In this document: positions 30,728 to 40,364 of the stretch, in pieces
How positions within the stretch are numbered: the stretch's first letter is position 1
How the letters are laid out: each line of letters opens with the position of its first letter
DNA from: Candidatus Bathyarchaeota archaeon
Lineage (GTDB): Archaea; Thermoproteota; Bathyarchaeia; Bathyarchaeales; Bathycorpusculaceae
Length of the DNA stretch: 64,000 nucleotides
Assembly: GCA_963828195.1 (NCBI GenBank)
Contig: CAWHDT010000007.1
Coordinates: 160,001-224,000 of the forward strand
Direction: 5' to 3'
The notes under the pieces: generated by a model
The model's input: the letters and a program-made list of their open reading frames with translations, nothing else
Told to the model about the DNA's origin: nothing
The model's database searches: none
Made by a program: the position numbers and the translations under genes

Positions 30728-30790
30728 TTCTGAACCCATCTTTAGCCTTCTTCCTTGGCACACCCGACGCCGAAACCGATGTTACCGTAA
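30705..30790 (+). pseudogene. Truncated VapC N-terminus
   Basis: MPELLTFDSEPI then shifted LAFFLGTPDAE; overlaps antitoxin end. Confidence 0.5.
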
Positions 30791-30851
30791 ATGTTATAAT
30801 GCTCTTGAGATAACTAACTACAATGTTTCCTAATGGAGAAGATGGAAGAAA

Positions 30852-31541
30852 TTGTTAATGGAGAAAAAAACTTCCACGTGTACCCTCGAAGAACTTATTG
30901 GACCACTGAATGATGTTGAAAAAAAATATGCGCCAAAACTGCTCTATGTTGCTGGACAACTGCCAATCCCGTTACCATCTCCAAGAGTCGCAGTTATAGG
31001 TTCACGGAAAGCTTCATCCAAAGGGCTTAACGCTGCCAGCAATATTGCAAAAGTTCTTGCAAAACACAACGTAATTGTCGTTAGCGGACTTGCTGAGGGA
31101 ATTGATAGTGCGGCACACAAAGGTGCCATTGAAGCAAACGGACATACAATTGCAGTTTTAGGCACTCCATTAGACCGAGTTTACCCACGGGAAAATGCTC
31201 AACTTCAAGAGTTCATCATGCGAGAACACTTAGCGGTTTCTCAATTTCCAATCGGATACCCCATTCAGCCAAAGAATTTTGTTATCAGAAATAGAACAAT
31301 GGCGCTTATTGCCGATGCATCAATTATAGTTGAGGCGAGTAATTCTAGTGGTTCTCTTCATCAAGGATGGGAAGCGCTAAGGCTTGGAAGACCTCTTTTT
31401 ATTTGGAGTCCTCTAATGCGTGACCCTTCATTGAACTGGACACAAAAAATGGCAATGTATGGCGCAATGGAACTTACCGACCCAGAAGAAGTGCTGGATG
31501 ACTTACCCTCTCGACAAAGAATCCTTGAAGTGATCCAATGA
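30852..31541 (+). CDS. DprA/Smf Rossmann-domain protein
   Basis: VAVIGSR, SGLAEGID, AVLGT, RNRTMA, VEA..SGS. Confidence 0.9.
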   Translation: MLMEKKTSTCTLEELIGPLNDVEKKYAPKLLYVAGQLPIPLPSPRVAVIGSRKASSKGLNAASNIAKVLAKHNVIVVSGLAEGIDSAAHKGAIEANGHTIAVLGTPLDRVYPRENAQLQEFIMREHLAVSQFPIGYPIQPKNFVIRNRTMALIADASIIVEASNSSGSLHQGWEALRLGRPLFIWSPLMRDPSLNWTQKMAMYGAMELTDPEEVLDDLPSRQRILEVIQ

Positions 31542-31544
31542 AAT

Positions 31545-32198
31545 ATGAACCTATGTCAACTTGAGTTTGGTGCGCTACTAACTTACTCTCCTCATGGGAC
31601 CACGCCAAACGCTGTACATTCAAAGGGTGTCATGCAGGCTCTTAAGAGAGACCAATATGTTGGAAATCAACCAACAATCTTGATGTCAGAATGGGTAGCA
31701 AAGGTAGTGAAACAAAAAATGGCTGAACTCCCCTTTGAATGTTTTTTCCAGCCAAACACGATTTTAGTTCCAGTGCCGAAGAGTTCTTTGATGCAGCCCA
31801 ACACTTTATGGGTTCCAGAACGAGTTGCAAAAGCATTGGTTTCAGTGGGTATCGGAAAACAGGTTGCCTCTTGCCTCATTAGGTCTAAAGCAGTTCCCAA
31901 GGCAGCATTAAGTTCACCAAGCGAGAGACCGACTGCAGAACAGCATTATGAATCGATAACCGTTCAGGGAATCCTATGTAAACCCGACGAAATTGTGTTA
32001 ATTGATGATGTTGTTACTCGTGGAGCTACCCTGCTAGGTTGTGCAAATCGGTTGGCAGATGCTTTTCCAAAATGTCGCATACGAGCATTTGCAGCCATGC
32101 GAACCATTAGCAATCCAGATGAATTTGAGAATGTTTATTCTCCATGCATTGGGACAATCGACCTATGTGGAACAGGCGACACATTTAGACGCCCATAA
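31545..32198 (+). CDS. Phosphoribosyltransferase (ComF-like)
   Basis: LVPVP, VLIDDVVTRGATL. Confidence 0.88.
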   Translation: MNLCQLEFGALLTYSPHGTTPNAVHSKGVMQALKRDQYVGNQPTILMSEWVAKVVKQKMAELPFECFFQPNTILVPVPKSSLMQPNTLWVPERVAKALVSVGIGKQVASCLIRSKAVPKAALSSPSERPTAEQHYESITVQGILCKPDEIVLIDDVVTRGATLLGCANRLADAFPKCRIRAFAAMRTISNPDEFENVYSPCIGTIDLCGTGDTFRRP

Positions 32199-32289
32199 CC
32201 TAATTTGGTTTTTTAAAAAATCATTGCTGGGTAACTTGATTTAACAGCACTCTTCTTCAGGTCATAAAGCAGGTTCTGCTTAGGGCAAG

Positions 32290-32712
32290 TTAGGTCGTTT
32301 TGGGCATGAGCACTTTGTCTATGCTGTGGATTACGCCGTTGTTGACTAGGTTGTCTTTGCTTTTGATGTTGGCGTTGTTGATTTTTGGGTTCACGTGGAG
32401 GTGCCATTGGTGAGCGTCAATAGTGACCTCTTGGCCTTGAAGGGTTTTGGCGCTGGTCATTTTGCTCAGGTCGGCAACCGTATACTTTCCTTCAACGATG
32501 TGGTACGAGGCAAGCGCCTTAAGTTTTACAGGGTCACTCATAAGTTTGTCATATGCGCCTTCGGGCAACTCTGAAAAGGCATAGTCTTCGGGGGCAAAAA
32601 CCGTGAAGGGGCCTGGCCCTCTGAGCGTGTCAATTAGTTCTCCGTCTTGGATTGCCTTAAACAGGTTTTTGAATGAACCATCTACAAGAAGAGTATCTAT
32701 AATGTCTGCCAT
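32290..32712 (-). CDS. Fasciclin domain protein
   Basis: GPFTVFAPED, YHIV, NGVIHSIDKVL. Confidence 0.93.
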   Translation of the reverse strand: MADIIDTLLVDGSFKNLFKAIQDGELIDTLRGPGPFTVFAPEDYAFSELPEGAYDKLMSDPVKLKALASYHIVEGKYTVADLSKMTSAKTLQGQEVTIDAHQWHLHVNPKINNANIKSKDNLVNNGVIHSIDKVLMPKTT

Positions 32713-32819
32713 TTGTTTTCAACCGCTAACTAGGTTGAGTTTTTAGGGGTTTAAATAAATTTGTGACTGCGCCGCCACAGCAACACTAATTCTTTCACGT
32801 TAACTCGAGTGCAGGCATG

Positions 32820-33167
32820 TCAGATAATCCTGTTGATATCATAATATATGATGTATATTTCAACCTGGTCGTATATTTTCATGTATTTGTCTCGGAATGC
32901 TTTGAAGTATTTTATCGCTTTCTCTTTCTCGCAGTCAGGAACATCTATTTCTATTAGATACAAAGCATCATAGTAAATTTTATCACCTGATCTATAGAAC
33001 CCTTCAACCGTCGGGCGACCTATATGAGGGGTCTTGGTATAACCTCCAAACTGCTTTTGTATATCCTCGAGCATTTTATCTATTTTTTCTGTTTCAATCT
33101 GCGCACCATTATTATAAAGAAGCGGCAGATGAACGGAGAACCTCCAAAAATACGGAGAAAGGCTCAA
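32820..33167 (-). CDS. Hypothetical protein (possibly DUF3574/PII-like fold)
   Basis: LPLLYNNG..FGGYT..EGFY..YYD pattern. Confidence 0.6.
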   Translation of the reverse strand: MSLSPYFWRFSVHLPLLYNNGAQIETEKIDKMLEDIQKQFGGYTKTPHIGRPTVEGFYRSGDKIYYDALYLIEIDVPDCEKEKAIKYFKAFRDKYMKIYDQVEIYIIYYDINRII

Positions 33168-33179
33168 GAAACTTCACGC

Positions 33180-33446
33180 TTAAGGTGTAGCACCACTGGA
33201 GAAACAGGGCTTGCTTTGTTCTCTTACCTCTGGCGGAACACCTTTAACTAATTTAACTTTCTTGTATGTTATTCCTTCTCTGTCAAGTATTTTCGTTGTG
33301 CCTTTGCTTACTACGAATAATCCATCGCCTAGGTCTGCAACGAGCCTGCTGGAATGAACGTGGATAAGCTCGTTTCTTGCTTTTATTCTATCAGCGTCTT
33401 TTTCTATTTTGATGCCTTCGTAACATTCTATGCCCATAACATTCAA
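33180..33446 (-). CDS. Hypothetical protein
   Basis: 88-aa ORF co-oriented 12 bp upstream of previous gene. Confidence 0.55.
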   Translation of the reverse strand: MNVMGIECYEGIKIEKDADRIKARNELIHVHSSRLVADLGDGLFVVSKGTTKILDREGITYKKVKLVKGVPPEVREQSKPCFSSGATP

Positions 33447-33537
33447 CTCTACTTATTGATTCTTTGCAGCGACGGACTATAATACTTTCAAGCGGTTAAA
33501 AAGTTTTGTTAATTGTTATAAAATTGTAGAGAATGAG

Positions 33538-33583
33538 GAAGAAGAAGAAAAACGATTTCTCTAGGCTTCTTCTTCTTTTGAAA
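33538..33583 (-). repeat. Dispersed palindromic repeat, partial copy D
   Basis: GAAGAAGAAGAAAAACGATTTCTCTAGGCTTCTTCTTCTTTTGAA nearly identical to 46074-46118. Confidence 0.8.
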
Positions 33584-33692
33584 TAAAAAATTCCGTTGGC
33601 ATTTTGGATTTGCGGGGTTTGGGTTTAGAAAAAGTTATAGCGTAGGCATACATTAAGCCTAACTAAATCAATGTTTGGATGGTTAATGTTTC

Positions 33693-34778
33693 ATGCCTGA
33701 GATTCGTGTTGCAGTTGTCGGCGTTGGGAACAGCGCTTGTGCCCTGATTCAGGGAACCCAATATTACAAAGACGCAAAAGAAGACACCACCGTGCCCGGC
33801 TTGATGCATGTGAATTACGGCGGCTACCACATCCGCGACATCCGCTTCGTGGCGGCTTTTGAAGTTAACAAAGACAAAATCGGCAAAGACCTCTCCGAAG
33901 CCATCTGGATGAAACCAAACGTCTGCGAAAAATTCAGCGACGTACCAAACCTCGGCGTGAAAGTTTCTCCAGGCATCATCCTTGACGGCGCCGCACCTCA
34001 TATGCGGGAAACCTTCAACGTTTACGACGACAGCAAAACCACAAAGGAAAGCATCGTCCAAACCCTCAAAGACGCCAAAGCACAGGTCCTCGTCAACTAC
34101 CTCCCCGTCGGCAGCCACGACGCAGTAAGATTTTACGCTCAATGCGCCATTGACGCGGGATGCGCCCTCGTGAACTGTATGCCTGAATTCATCGGCTCAG
34201 ACAAATCGTTGGAGTGGCCCAAAAAGTTTGAGGCGGCAGGGTTGCCCGTGCTTGGCGACGACATCAAAAGCCAGGTGGGCGCGACCATTCTGCATCGGAC
34301 GCTTGTCCGCCTTTGCCTTGACCGCGGCGCCATTGTGGATGAAACTTACCAGCTTAACTTGGGCGGAGACACAGACTTCCAGAACATGACTGTTGAGAGC
34401 CGCTTAACGAGCAAGCGCATCAGCAAAACTGAAGCCGTCACCAGCCTGGTGCCCTACAATCTGCCAACCCGCATTGGACCCAGCGATTATGTGCCGTTTT
34501 TGAAAAACAAGAAGATATGTTACTTGTCGATCAAAACTCGGGCTTTTGGCGACCGACCCATAAACATCAGCGCTAAACTCGAAGTGGAAGACTCGCCTAA
34601 CAGCGCAGGCGTCGTCATCGACCTTATCCGAGCAGCAAAAATCGCGTTGGACCGCAAAATCAGCGGCACCCTCATCAGCATGCCTTCTTACGCTTTTAAG
34701 CATCCGCCGGTGCAGGTTCCTGATTCGCAGGCGCGGCAGTGGACGGAAGACTGGATCGCGGGCAAACGCGAAAGATAA
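33693..34778 (+). CDS. ino1: Myo-inositol-1-phosphate synthase
   Basis: GVGNSA, NYLPVGS, GDDIKSQVGAT, EDSPNSAG. Confidence 0.95.
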   Translation: MPEIRVAVVGVGNSACALIQGTQYYKDAKEDTTVPGLMHVNYGGYHIRDIRFVAAFEVNKDKIGKDLSEAIWMKPNVCEKFSDVPNLGVKVSPGIILDGAAPHMRETFNVYDDSKTTKESIVQTLKDAKAQVLVNYLPVGSHDAVRFYAQCAIDAGCALVNCMPEFIGSDKSLEWPKKFEAAGLPVLGDDIKSQVGATILHRTLVRLCLDRGAIVDETYQLNLGGDTDFQNMTVESRLTSKRISKTEAVTSLVPYNLPTRIGPSDYVPFLKNKKICYLSIKTRAFGDRPINISAKLEVEDSPNSAGVVIDLIRAAKIALDRKISGTLISMPSYAFKHPPVQVPDSQARQWTEDWIAGKRER

Positions 34779-34888
34779 AACCGCAGCCGCCCAAACGGCA
34801 TCTGGGAAAAACAGCGCCCAACCAGAAAGCCGCAGCCCACAAACATCCGCCCGTATCCGACAGTAACTTCAACAATGAGTCAGCATGC

Positions 34889-35016
34889 AAAGTCGCAATC
34901 CGCCCATCCCAAAGTCGCAACCCGCAAAAAGAAACAAGCCCCAAACCAAAAAAGCAACCCCGAACACAAAGACACAGAGCGGAAAGTCGCAACTTACGCC
35001 AAACCAAAAGTCGCAA
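34889..35016 (+). repeat. Four AAAGTCGCAA direct repeats
   Basis: At 34889, 34911, 34983, 35007. Confidence 0.8.
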
Positions 35017-35151
35017 CTAAAATTTTTAACTTCAAAAAACCGTCTAAACCACGAAAAACAGCAGCCAAGCCAAACCCGCCTTTCTCTTTGTGAAAGCTTT
35101 TTTAAGCTTAAAAGCTAAAATGGTTATTATCATATTTGGGAGTTTGAATGC

Positions 35152-35568
35152 ATGGTTAAAGTTGAATCGTACGAAGTGCCTGAAGGTCTCTTTTTCTCCA
35201 AAGATTTTGAGTGGATAAAAATTGAAGGCGACACGGTTCGCATGGGCATAACTGACTACGCTCAGAAGTCTCTAAGAGAAATCGTTTACGCCGAATTACC
35301 AGGCGTCGGATCAGAAGTCAAGCAAGGCGAACCCTACGGAACACTGGAGTCTGTGAAGGCAGTGTCAGACCTTGTCGCAGCGATCAGCGGAACAATCCAA
35401 GAAGTCAACGAGGAAGTCCAGTCAAAACCAGAAACCATAAACGAGGACCCCTACGAAAAAGGCTGGCTGCTCAAAGTTAAACCCTCAAATCTTCAGGCAG
35501 AGCTTGCAAACCTCATGGACTTCAACAAAGCGGTCGAATGGCACAAAGCCCAAGCTCAACCAAAATAA
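35152..35568 (+). CDS. gcvH: Glycine cleavage H / lipoyl carrier protein
   Basis: GITDYAQ, ESVKAVSD, NEDPY..GW. Confidence 0.93.
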   Translation: MVKVESYEVPEGLFFSKDFEWIKIEGDTVRMGITDYAQKSLREIVYAELPGVGSEVKQGEPYGTLESVKAVSDLVAAISGTIQEVNEEVQSKPETINEDPYEKGWLLKVKPSNLQAELANLMDFNKAVEWHKAQAQPK

Positions 35569-35583
35569 ACAGAGGCAAAGCAG

Positions 35584-36930
35584 ATGGCGAGACGCATCAT
35601 AGTTATTGGGGCAAACGCTGCAGGCGTCGAAGCAGCATCAGCGGCACGCAAAAAAGACCGCACAGCCGAAATCACATTAATTACCCAAGAGAAAAACGCT
35701 GGTTACTCACGCTGCGGTTTACCGTTCGTGATTGGAGGGCAAATCAAAAGTTTCCACGATTTAATCGTTTATCCACCAGCCTATTTCCAAATGCTAAAAC
35801 TGAATTTGCGAAGCGAAACCAAAGCCACATCGATTAACACTAAAGAAAAAACCGTAACCGTAACAACCAAAGAGGGAACCGCCGAGGTTCTGCCGTACGA
35901 CAGCTTGGTAATTGCAACTGGCGCTGACTCGTTTATGCCGCCGATCAAAGGCAGAGAAAAACCCGGAATCCTAAGCCTCCGCGGAATAGAAGACGGCGAA
36001 AAAATAGACGCAGCAGTCAAAGCAGGCGCGAAATCAGCCGTCATCATGGGCGCGGGCTTGATCGGTTTGGAAGTGGGCGTCGGCTTAATCGAGAAAGGTT
36101 TGAAAGTTACCATCGTGGAGATGCTGCCGCAGATTCTGCCTCAGCTGCTTGATGCAGACATGGCGAAGCTTGTTCAGGATCATTTAGAGGAGAAGGGCAT
36201 GCGTATCCTCACCAGCAAAGGCGTCGAAGAATTCCTAGGCGAAACCAAAGTTACCGCGGTTATGGCTGGCGGAGAAAAAATCGAAGCAGACCTGTTCATC
36301 AGCGCTTTTGGCGTTCGAGCCAACACGAAACTCGCAGTTGACGCAGGAATACCGCTTGGCGAAACAAGGGCAATTAAGACCAATGGACGCATGGAAACCG
36401 ACATAAAAGACGTTTACGCCGTCGGCGACTGCGCTGAAGCCCCCAACCTAATCACACATCGACCCATGTGCGCTCAACTTGGCACCATCGCAGTTCGGCA
36501 GGGCAAAGTTGCAGGCGCAAACGCTGGAGGCGACTATTCTCAGTTCACAGGCATCTTGGCTTCTGCTGTGACACGGCTGTTTGAGATTGAAGCAGGCAAC
36601 ACCGGATTAACTGAAACCGCCGCTGCACGCAACCGCATTGAAGTCGTAACCGGAGCTATAGGCAGCAAGACCAAGGCAGATTATTTCCCAGGGGCCAAAC
36701 CCATCAAAATCAAGCTTGTCGTCGAAAAAGAATCCCAACGCATTATAGGCGGCCAAGTCATCGGCGGAGAAGAAGTTACGCAGCGCATAAACTGCCTCAG
36801 CTTCGCCATCCAGAAAGGCATGACCGTGCGCGAACTAGCCAAAGCAGACACAGCATACGCGCCACCGCTCTGCGAAACCTGGGAACCCATGGTTCTCGCC
36901 GCAGAAATGGTCCTTATGAAACTGCGTTAA
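35584..36930 (+). CDS. NADH oxidase / CoA-disulfide reductase family
   Basis: GANAAG, YSRCGLP, GAGLIG, AVGDC, YAPP. Confidence 0.9.
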   Translation: MARRIIVIGANAAGVEAASAARKKDRTAEITLITQEKNAGYSRCGLPFVIGGQIKSFHDLIVYPPAYFQMLKLNLRSETKATSINTKEKTVTVTTKEGTAEVLPYDSLVIATGADSFMPPIKGREKPGILSLRGIEDGEKIDAAVKAGAKSAVIMGAGLIGLEVGVGLIEKGLKVTIVEMLPQILPQLLDADMAKLVQDHLEEKGMRILTSKGVEEFLGETKVTAVMAGGEKIEADLFISAFGVRANTKLAVDAGIPLGETRAIKTNGRMETDIKDVYAVGDCAEAPNLITHRPMCAQLGTIAVRQGKVAGANAGGDYSQFTGILASAVTRLFEIEAGNTGLTETAAARNRIEVVTGAIGSKTKADYFPGAKPIKIKLVVEKESQRIIGGQVIGGEEVTQRINCLSFAIQKGMTVRELAKADTAYAPPLCETWEPMVLAAEMVLMKLR

Positions 36931-37082
36931 ATCGATAATTTCTTTTTTCTTTTTTTTGTTTTAAGATTTAGTGCTTTTCCATAATTTTTTTTGCCTTCGA
37001 CGTATAAGTCTATTTCGTCACTAACTTGGCGTATCTTGTTTTTGTTTTGGCTTCATATTGGAAACCTTATTGCCGTAGGGTT

Positions 37083-38942
37083 TTAGATGAGGTAGGCTTC
37101 TGTGATGTATCTTCTTACAACCCATTGTGTCTGGAAGTAGTATGCGATTTTTGCGATGGAGTTTTTCATAAGAGTTATCCAAGCGTCTTTTTGCCTGTTG
37201 AATGTTGGCGCGATTAGGTATTCGAGTTTGCTGTAGAGGTCTTGAAGTTCCAATTCTCTTCGTTCTTTCTCAAGCAGCAGCTCTCCAGGGTGTGGACCTA
37301 TTGCCCATCCGGTTACACCTTCGATGCAGCCCTCCATCCACCAACCGTCCAGGACACTAAAGTTCACGACGCCGTTGTGGGCAGCTTTCATGCCGCTGGT
37401 TCCTGAAGCCTCAAAAGGCGGCAAAGGAGTGTTAAGCCAGACATCAACGCCCGAAGTAAGTTTAGCTGCACTATCCATGTTATAGTTCTCTATGTAAACT
37501 ATGCTTACTTGACCTTTCAATGCGTTCGCGTAGTCGTGAATTTGCTTGATGAGCCGTTTGCCGTCGATGTCGTTTGGATGCGCTTTTCCAGCAAATATCA
37601 TCTGGATTTTTTCTTTCCGATTTATGTCTATTAGCCTATGCAGGTCGGAGAAAATCAATGTTGAACGTTTGTATCCAGTGGCTCTTCTGGCGAAGCCTAA
37701 GGTGAGGACTTGCGGATCCAGTTGTACCCCGTTGGTTTTTTCAACGAAGGCAAGCAGGTCTGTTTTTGCTTTTGTGTGGGCGTCCCAAACTTCCCGGTTG
37801 GGAATTTCGCTGGCTTTGGCAAGAAGGATAGGTTCGTTTGTCCATCCTGGAATGTATTTGTCAAATAGCTGCCTGAAGTGCAGACAAGTCCATGTTGACG
37901 AGTGGACCCCGTTTGTGACGGCTCGTATATAGCGTCCTGGAAAAAGTTTTCTGGAGTAATCTACATGCGCTTCAGAGACGCCGTTGATGTATTTGCTTAA
38001 ATTTAGCGCTAAAAGAGCCATGTTCAGGTTTTCTTTTCCTGCATACTGCTCCATATCAGAGAGCGGGTATTCCTTTCCGAGCATTTGCTGCACAAGGTCA
38101 TAAGTGAATTGGTCGAATGCGGCTTCCACCGGGCTATGTGTAGTGAAAACGCAGAGGTTTCGGACTTTTTCCGCATCCATGCCGTTCTCTTTTAGCAGTT
38201 CAAGAGTCAGCAGGCTCGAGTGACCTTCGTTCATGTGGTACTTTCGGATTTTGAAGGGAAGAGTTTTTAAAACTTTGGTGCCGCCTATCCCTAAAACGAT
38301 CTCTTGCTTAAGCCTGTAGCTTCTGTCACCGCCATACAGTGAATCTGTTATTCTTCGGTCTTCAGGAGCATTTTCTTCGAGGTCAGTGTCTAAAAACAGT
38401 ATTGGCACCGTGCCGCCTGTCATGCTCTGGTACTCGTTGAGCCAAGCTTGCACTTTAACGGGGCGTCCTTCAATAGTTACGGTGACTGTGCTTGGCATGA
38501 GGCTTAAGGTTTCAGCCGGGTTCCATTCGTCTGGAAACTCCTGCTGCTCTCCTTGCGCGGTTATTTTTTGCCTGAAATAGCCTTTCCTGCTTACAAGGGT
38601 GATGGCAACCATTTGAAGGCGCAGGTCGGCGCTGGACTTCACGATGTCGCCTGCTAAGACGCCTAAGCCGCCGCTGTAAGTTGGCATTTTGCTTGATACG
38701 CCGATTTCCATGGAGAAATATGCGATTCGGGGGTCTTCAAAGAAATGGTGTCGGCAGTTTTCGCTGCAAAAACAGTATTTTTTGCCGGCGAAGCTTTCGC
38801 ATGTTCCCTCGATTCTTGCGGCTGAGTTCTCTGCGTCAATCTGAATTCCGCATACGGGGCATCTCAATAACGCACGATTATTATAAAACACGGGGTTATC
38901 CAAGCTGGCACCACAGAAGAAAACCCATCGTTCTACATTCAT
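37083..38942 (-). CDS. glgP: Alpha-glucan phosphorylase with N-terminal YHS/TRASH domain
   Basis: CPVCG..YCFCSENC; AYFSME, YSGGLG, HMNEGH, EASGTSGMK. Confidence 0.92.
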   Translation of the reverse strand: MNVERWVFFCGASLDNPVFYNNRALLRCPVCGIQIDAENSAARIEGTCESFAGKKYCFCSENCRHHFFEDPRIAYFSMEIGVSSKMPTYSGGLGVLAGDIVKSSADLRLQMVAITLVSRKGYFRQKITAQGEQQEFPDEWNPAETLSLMPSTVTVTIEGRPVKVQAWLNEYQSMTGGTVPILFLDTDLEENAPEDRRITDSLYGGDRSYRLKQEIVLGIGGTKVLKTLPFKIRKYHMNEGHSSLLTLELLKENGMDAEKVRNLCVFTTHSPVEAAFDQFTYDLVQQMLGKEYPLSDMEQYAGKENLNMALLALNLSKYINGVSEAHVDYSRKLFPGRYIRAVTNGVHSSTWTCLHFRQLFDKYIPGWTNEPILLAKASEIPNREVWDAHTKAKTDLLAFVEKTNGVQLDPQVLTLGFARRATGYKRSTLIFSDLHRLIDINRKEKIQMIFAGKAHPNDIDGKRLIKQIHDYANALKGQVSIVYIENYNMDSAAKLTSGVDVWLNTPLPPFEASGTSGMKAAHNGVVNFSVLDGWWMEGCIEGVTGWAIGPHPGELLLEKERRELELQDLYSKLEYLIAPTFNRQKDAWITLMKNSIAKIAYYFQTQWVVRRYITEAYLI

Positions 38943-39034
38943 ATATGTGTATTGCTATGAAGCGAGCGGACACACGGCACCCTCTTTTATAATTCTTGCC
39001 ATTGAGGCGGCGGCAACCTTTTCCTTTTTTGTTA

Positions 39035-39493
39035 TTATCCTGTTTGGGATGTTTCCGGCTGGGTGAATGGCTCAGTCATGCCCACGATGAGTTTGCCGAA
39101 AGTGTTAATGTGGTTTTCTTCTTCCGCCAAAATTTCCTCCAGCATCCGCCTCGTCGTGTAGTCGCCTTCTTCAGCGGCAGCCTGAATTGCCTCTTTATAG
39201 AGGTTGATGGCGTCTTCCTCGTCCCGTTCGTCTTGGGTGAGCATTTCGATGAGGCTGCCTCTGACAAAAATCGGGTCAGGTTTAGTTGTGGCTACGCCGT
39301 TGAGGTAGTCTAAGCGCTCTGCGAGGCGTTCGGCATGTTTCATTTCGGCGATGGCTGTCTTGCGGAAAACATCTTCCACGGCGGCGCCGTCGATGCCAGT
39401 AACTTGAACGTGCTGCCACATGTACTGAATGCTAACTTGAAGTTCACGGGCTATGCCCTTGTTCAAAAATTCCAAAAGCTTATCAGAAACCAA
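39035..39493 (-). CDS. Bacterioferritin/ferritin-like protein
   Basis: ARELQVSIQY, EMKHAE, EEENH; TTG after AGGTGA. Confidence 0.88.
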   Translation of the reverse strand: MVSDKLLEFLNKGIARELQVSIQYMWQHVQVTGIDGAAVEDVFRKTAIAEMKHAERLAERLDYLNGVATTKPDPIFVRGSLIEMLTQDERDEEDAINLYKEAIQAAAEEGDYTTRRMLEEILAEEENHINTFGKLIVGMTEPFTQPETSQTG

Positions 39494-39650
39494 AACGTAT
39501 TCACCTACAAAAATTAAGGTCAGCTTAGTATATAAATCAAGTTCCAAACGAATATCTGCCCTTCAGCTAAGAAGGTACTGTCTTCTTTCGGGGGTTTTGC
39601 CCTGATGTTTTGGTTATGCCTTTACTGATTGTTTTTTGTGGCTATTTTTA

Positions 39651-39870
39651 TTACCAATTTTCAATTTTGAAAGAACAACAACACCCGGAAAACAACTGTT
39701 GTTCTTCTTCTTGGCAAAATTATTCAAAAGAAGAAGAACTTGGTGAAAGTTTTTTTCTTCTTCTGTCCTACCATATTTACAATGGATTTTTGGTGTAAAT
39801 ACTAGACCTCCCCATAGGGTAGGCTGGCCAGATTCAGGGCTTAATTCAAGTTGATTTTTTGGGTTTAGGA
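39651..39870 (+). repeat. Dispersed palindromic repeat, copy B
   Basis: Near-identical over ~90 bp to reverse complement of 46100-46190; ~200 bp similarity to copy A. Confidence 0.88.
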
Positions 39871-40001
39871 CATGAATTTTGCAGGTTGAGGAGGACAGTA
39901 AGTACCCAAAAGCGATGAAGAGAGAACAAAATTCTAATATCAAACAAACGCAATGCTTAATCCAAACAGCTTAAATCAAACATCACACAAGCAAACTGTG
40001 C

Positions 40002-40076
40002 GGGCCGGTCGTCTAGCCTGGTTAGGACGTTGGCTTTACACGCCAAAGGTCGCCGGTTCAAGTCCGGCTCGGCCCA
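40002..40076 (+). tRNA. tRNA-Val(TAC)
   Basis: GGGCCGG acceptor, TTGGC-TTTACAC-GCCAA anticodon arm, GGTTCAAGTCC; CCA not encoded. Confidence 0.96.
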
Positions 40077-40364
40077 CTTTAGACCCCCCCCTTAATGGTC
40101 CGAATCTAATTAGCTATGTCATCAGGGTTAAAGAGCATCGTTGTATTGTTTCTTTGAGCGGAGTATCCTTCGTGCATTGCCGTGATTGCTATGTTTTAAA
40201 ATGCGTTGGCAACAATTCAGTTTCACAAAGCGGGCAAAACTACAAAGCAGGTTAATCGATAAGCGCAGTCAATCTTGTTGGGTACATTTTGTTTGTGTCA
40301 ATAAATCTTGACAAGAACAGTTTTATCGGAAAATAAACCAACGTATGCGTATAGGGGATTTGGT

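Noticed and set aside
34889-35016. Possible CRISPR array
   Set aside because: 10-bp repeats with irregular short spacing and no cas genes
39953-40255. 100-aa ORF
   Set aside because: Overlaps tRNA-Val
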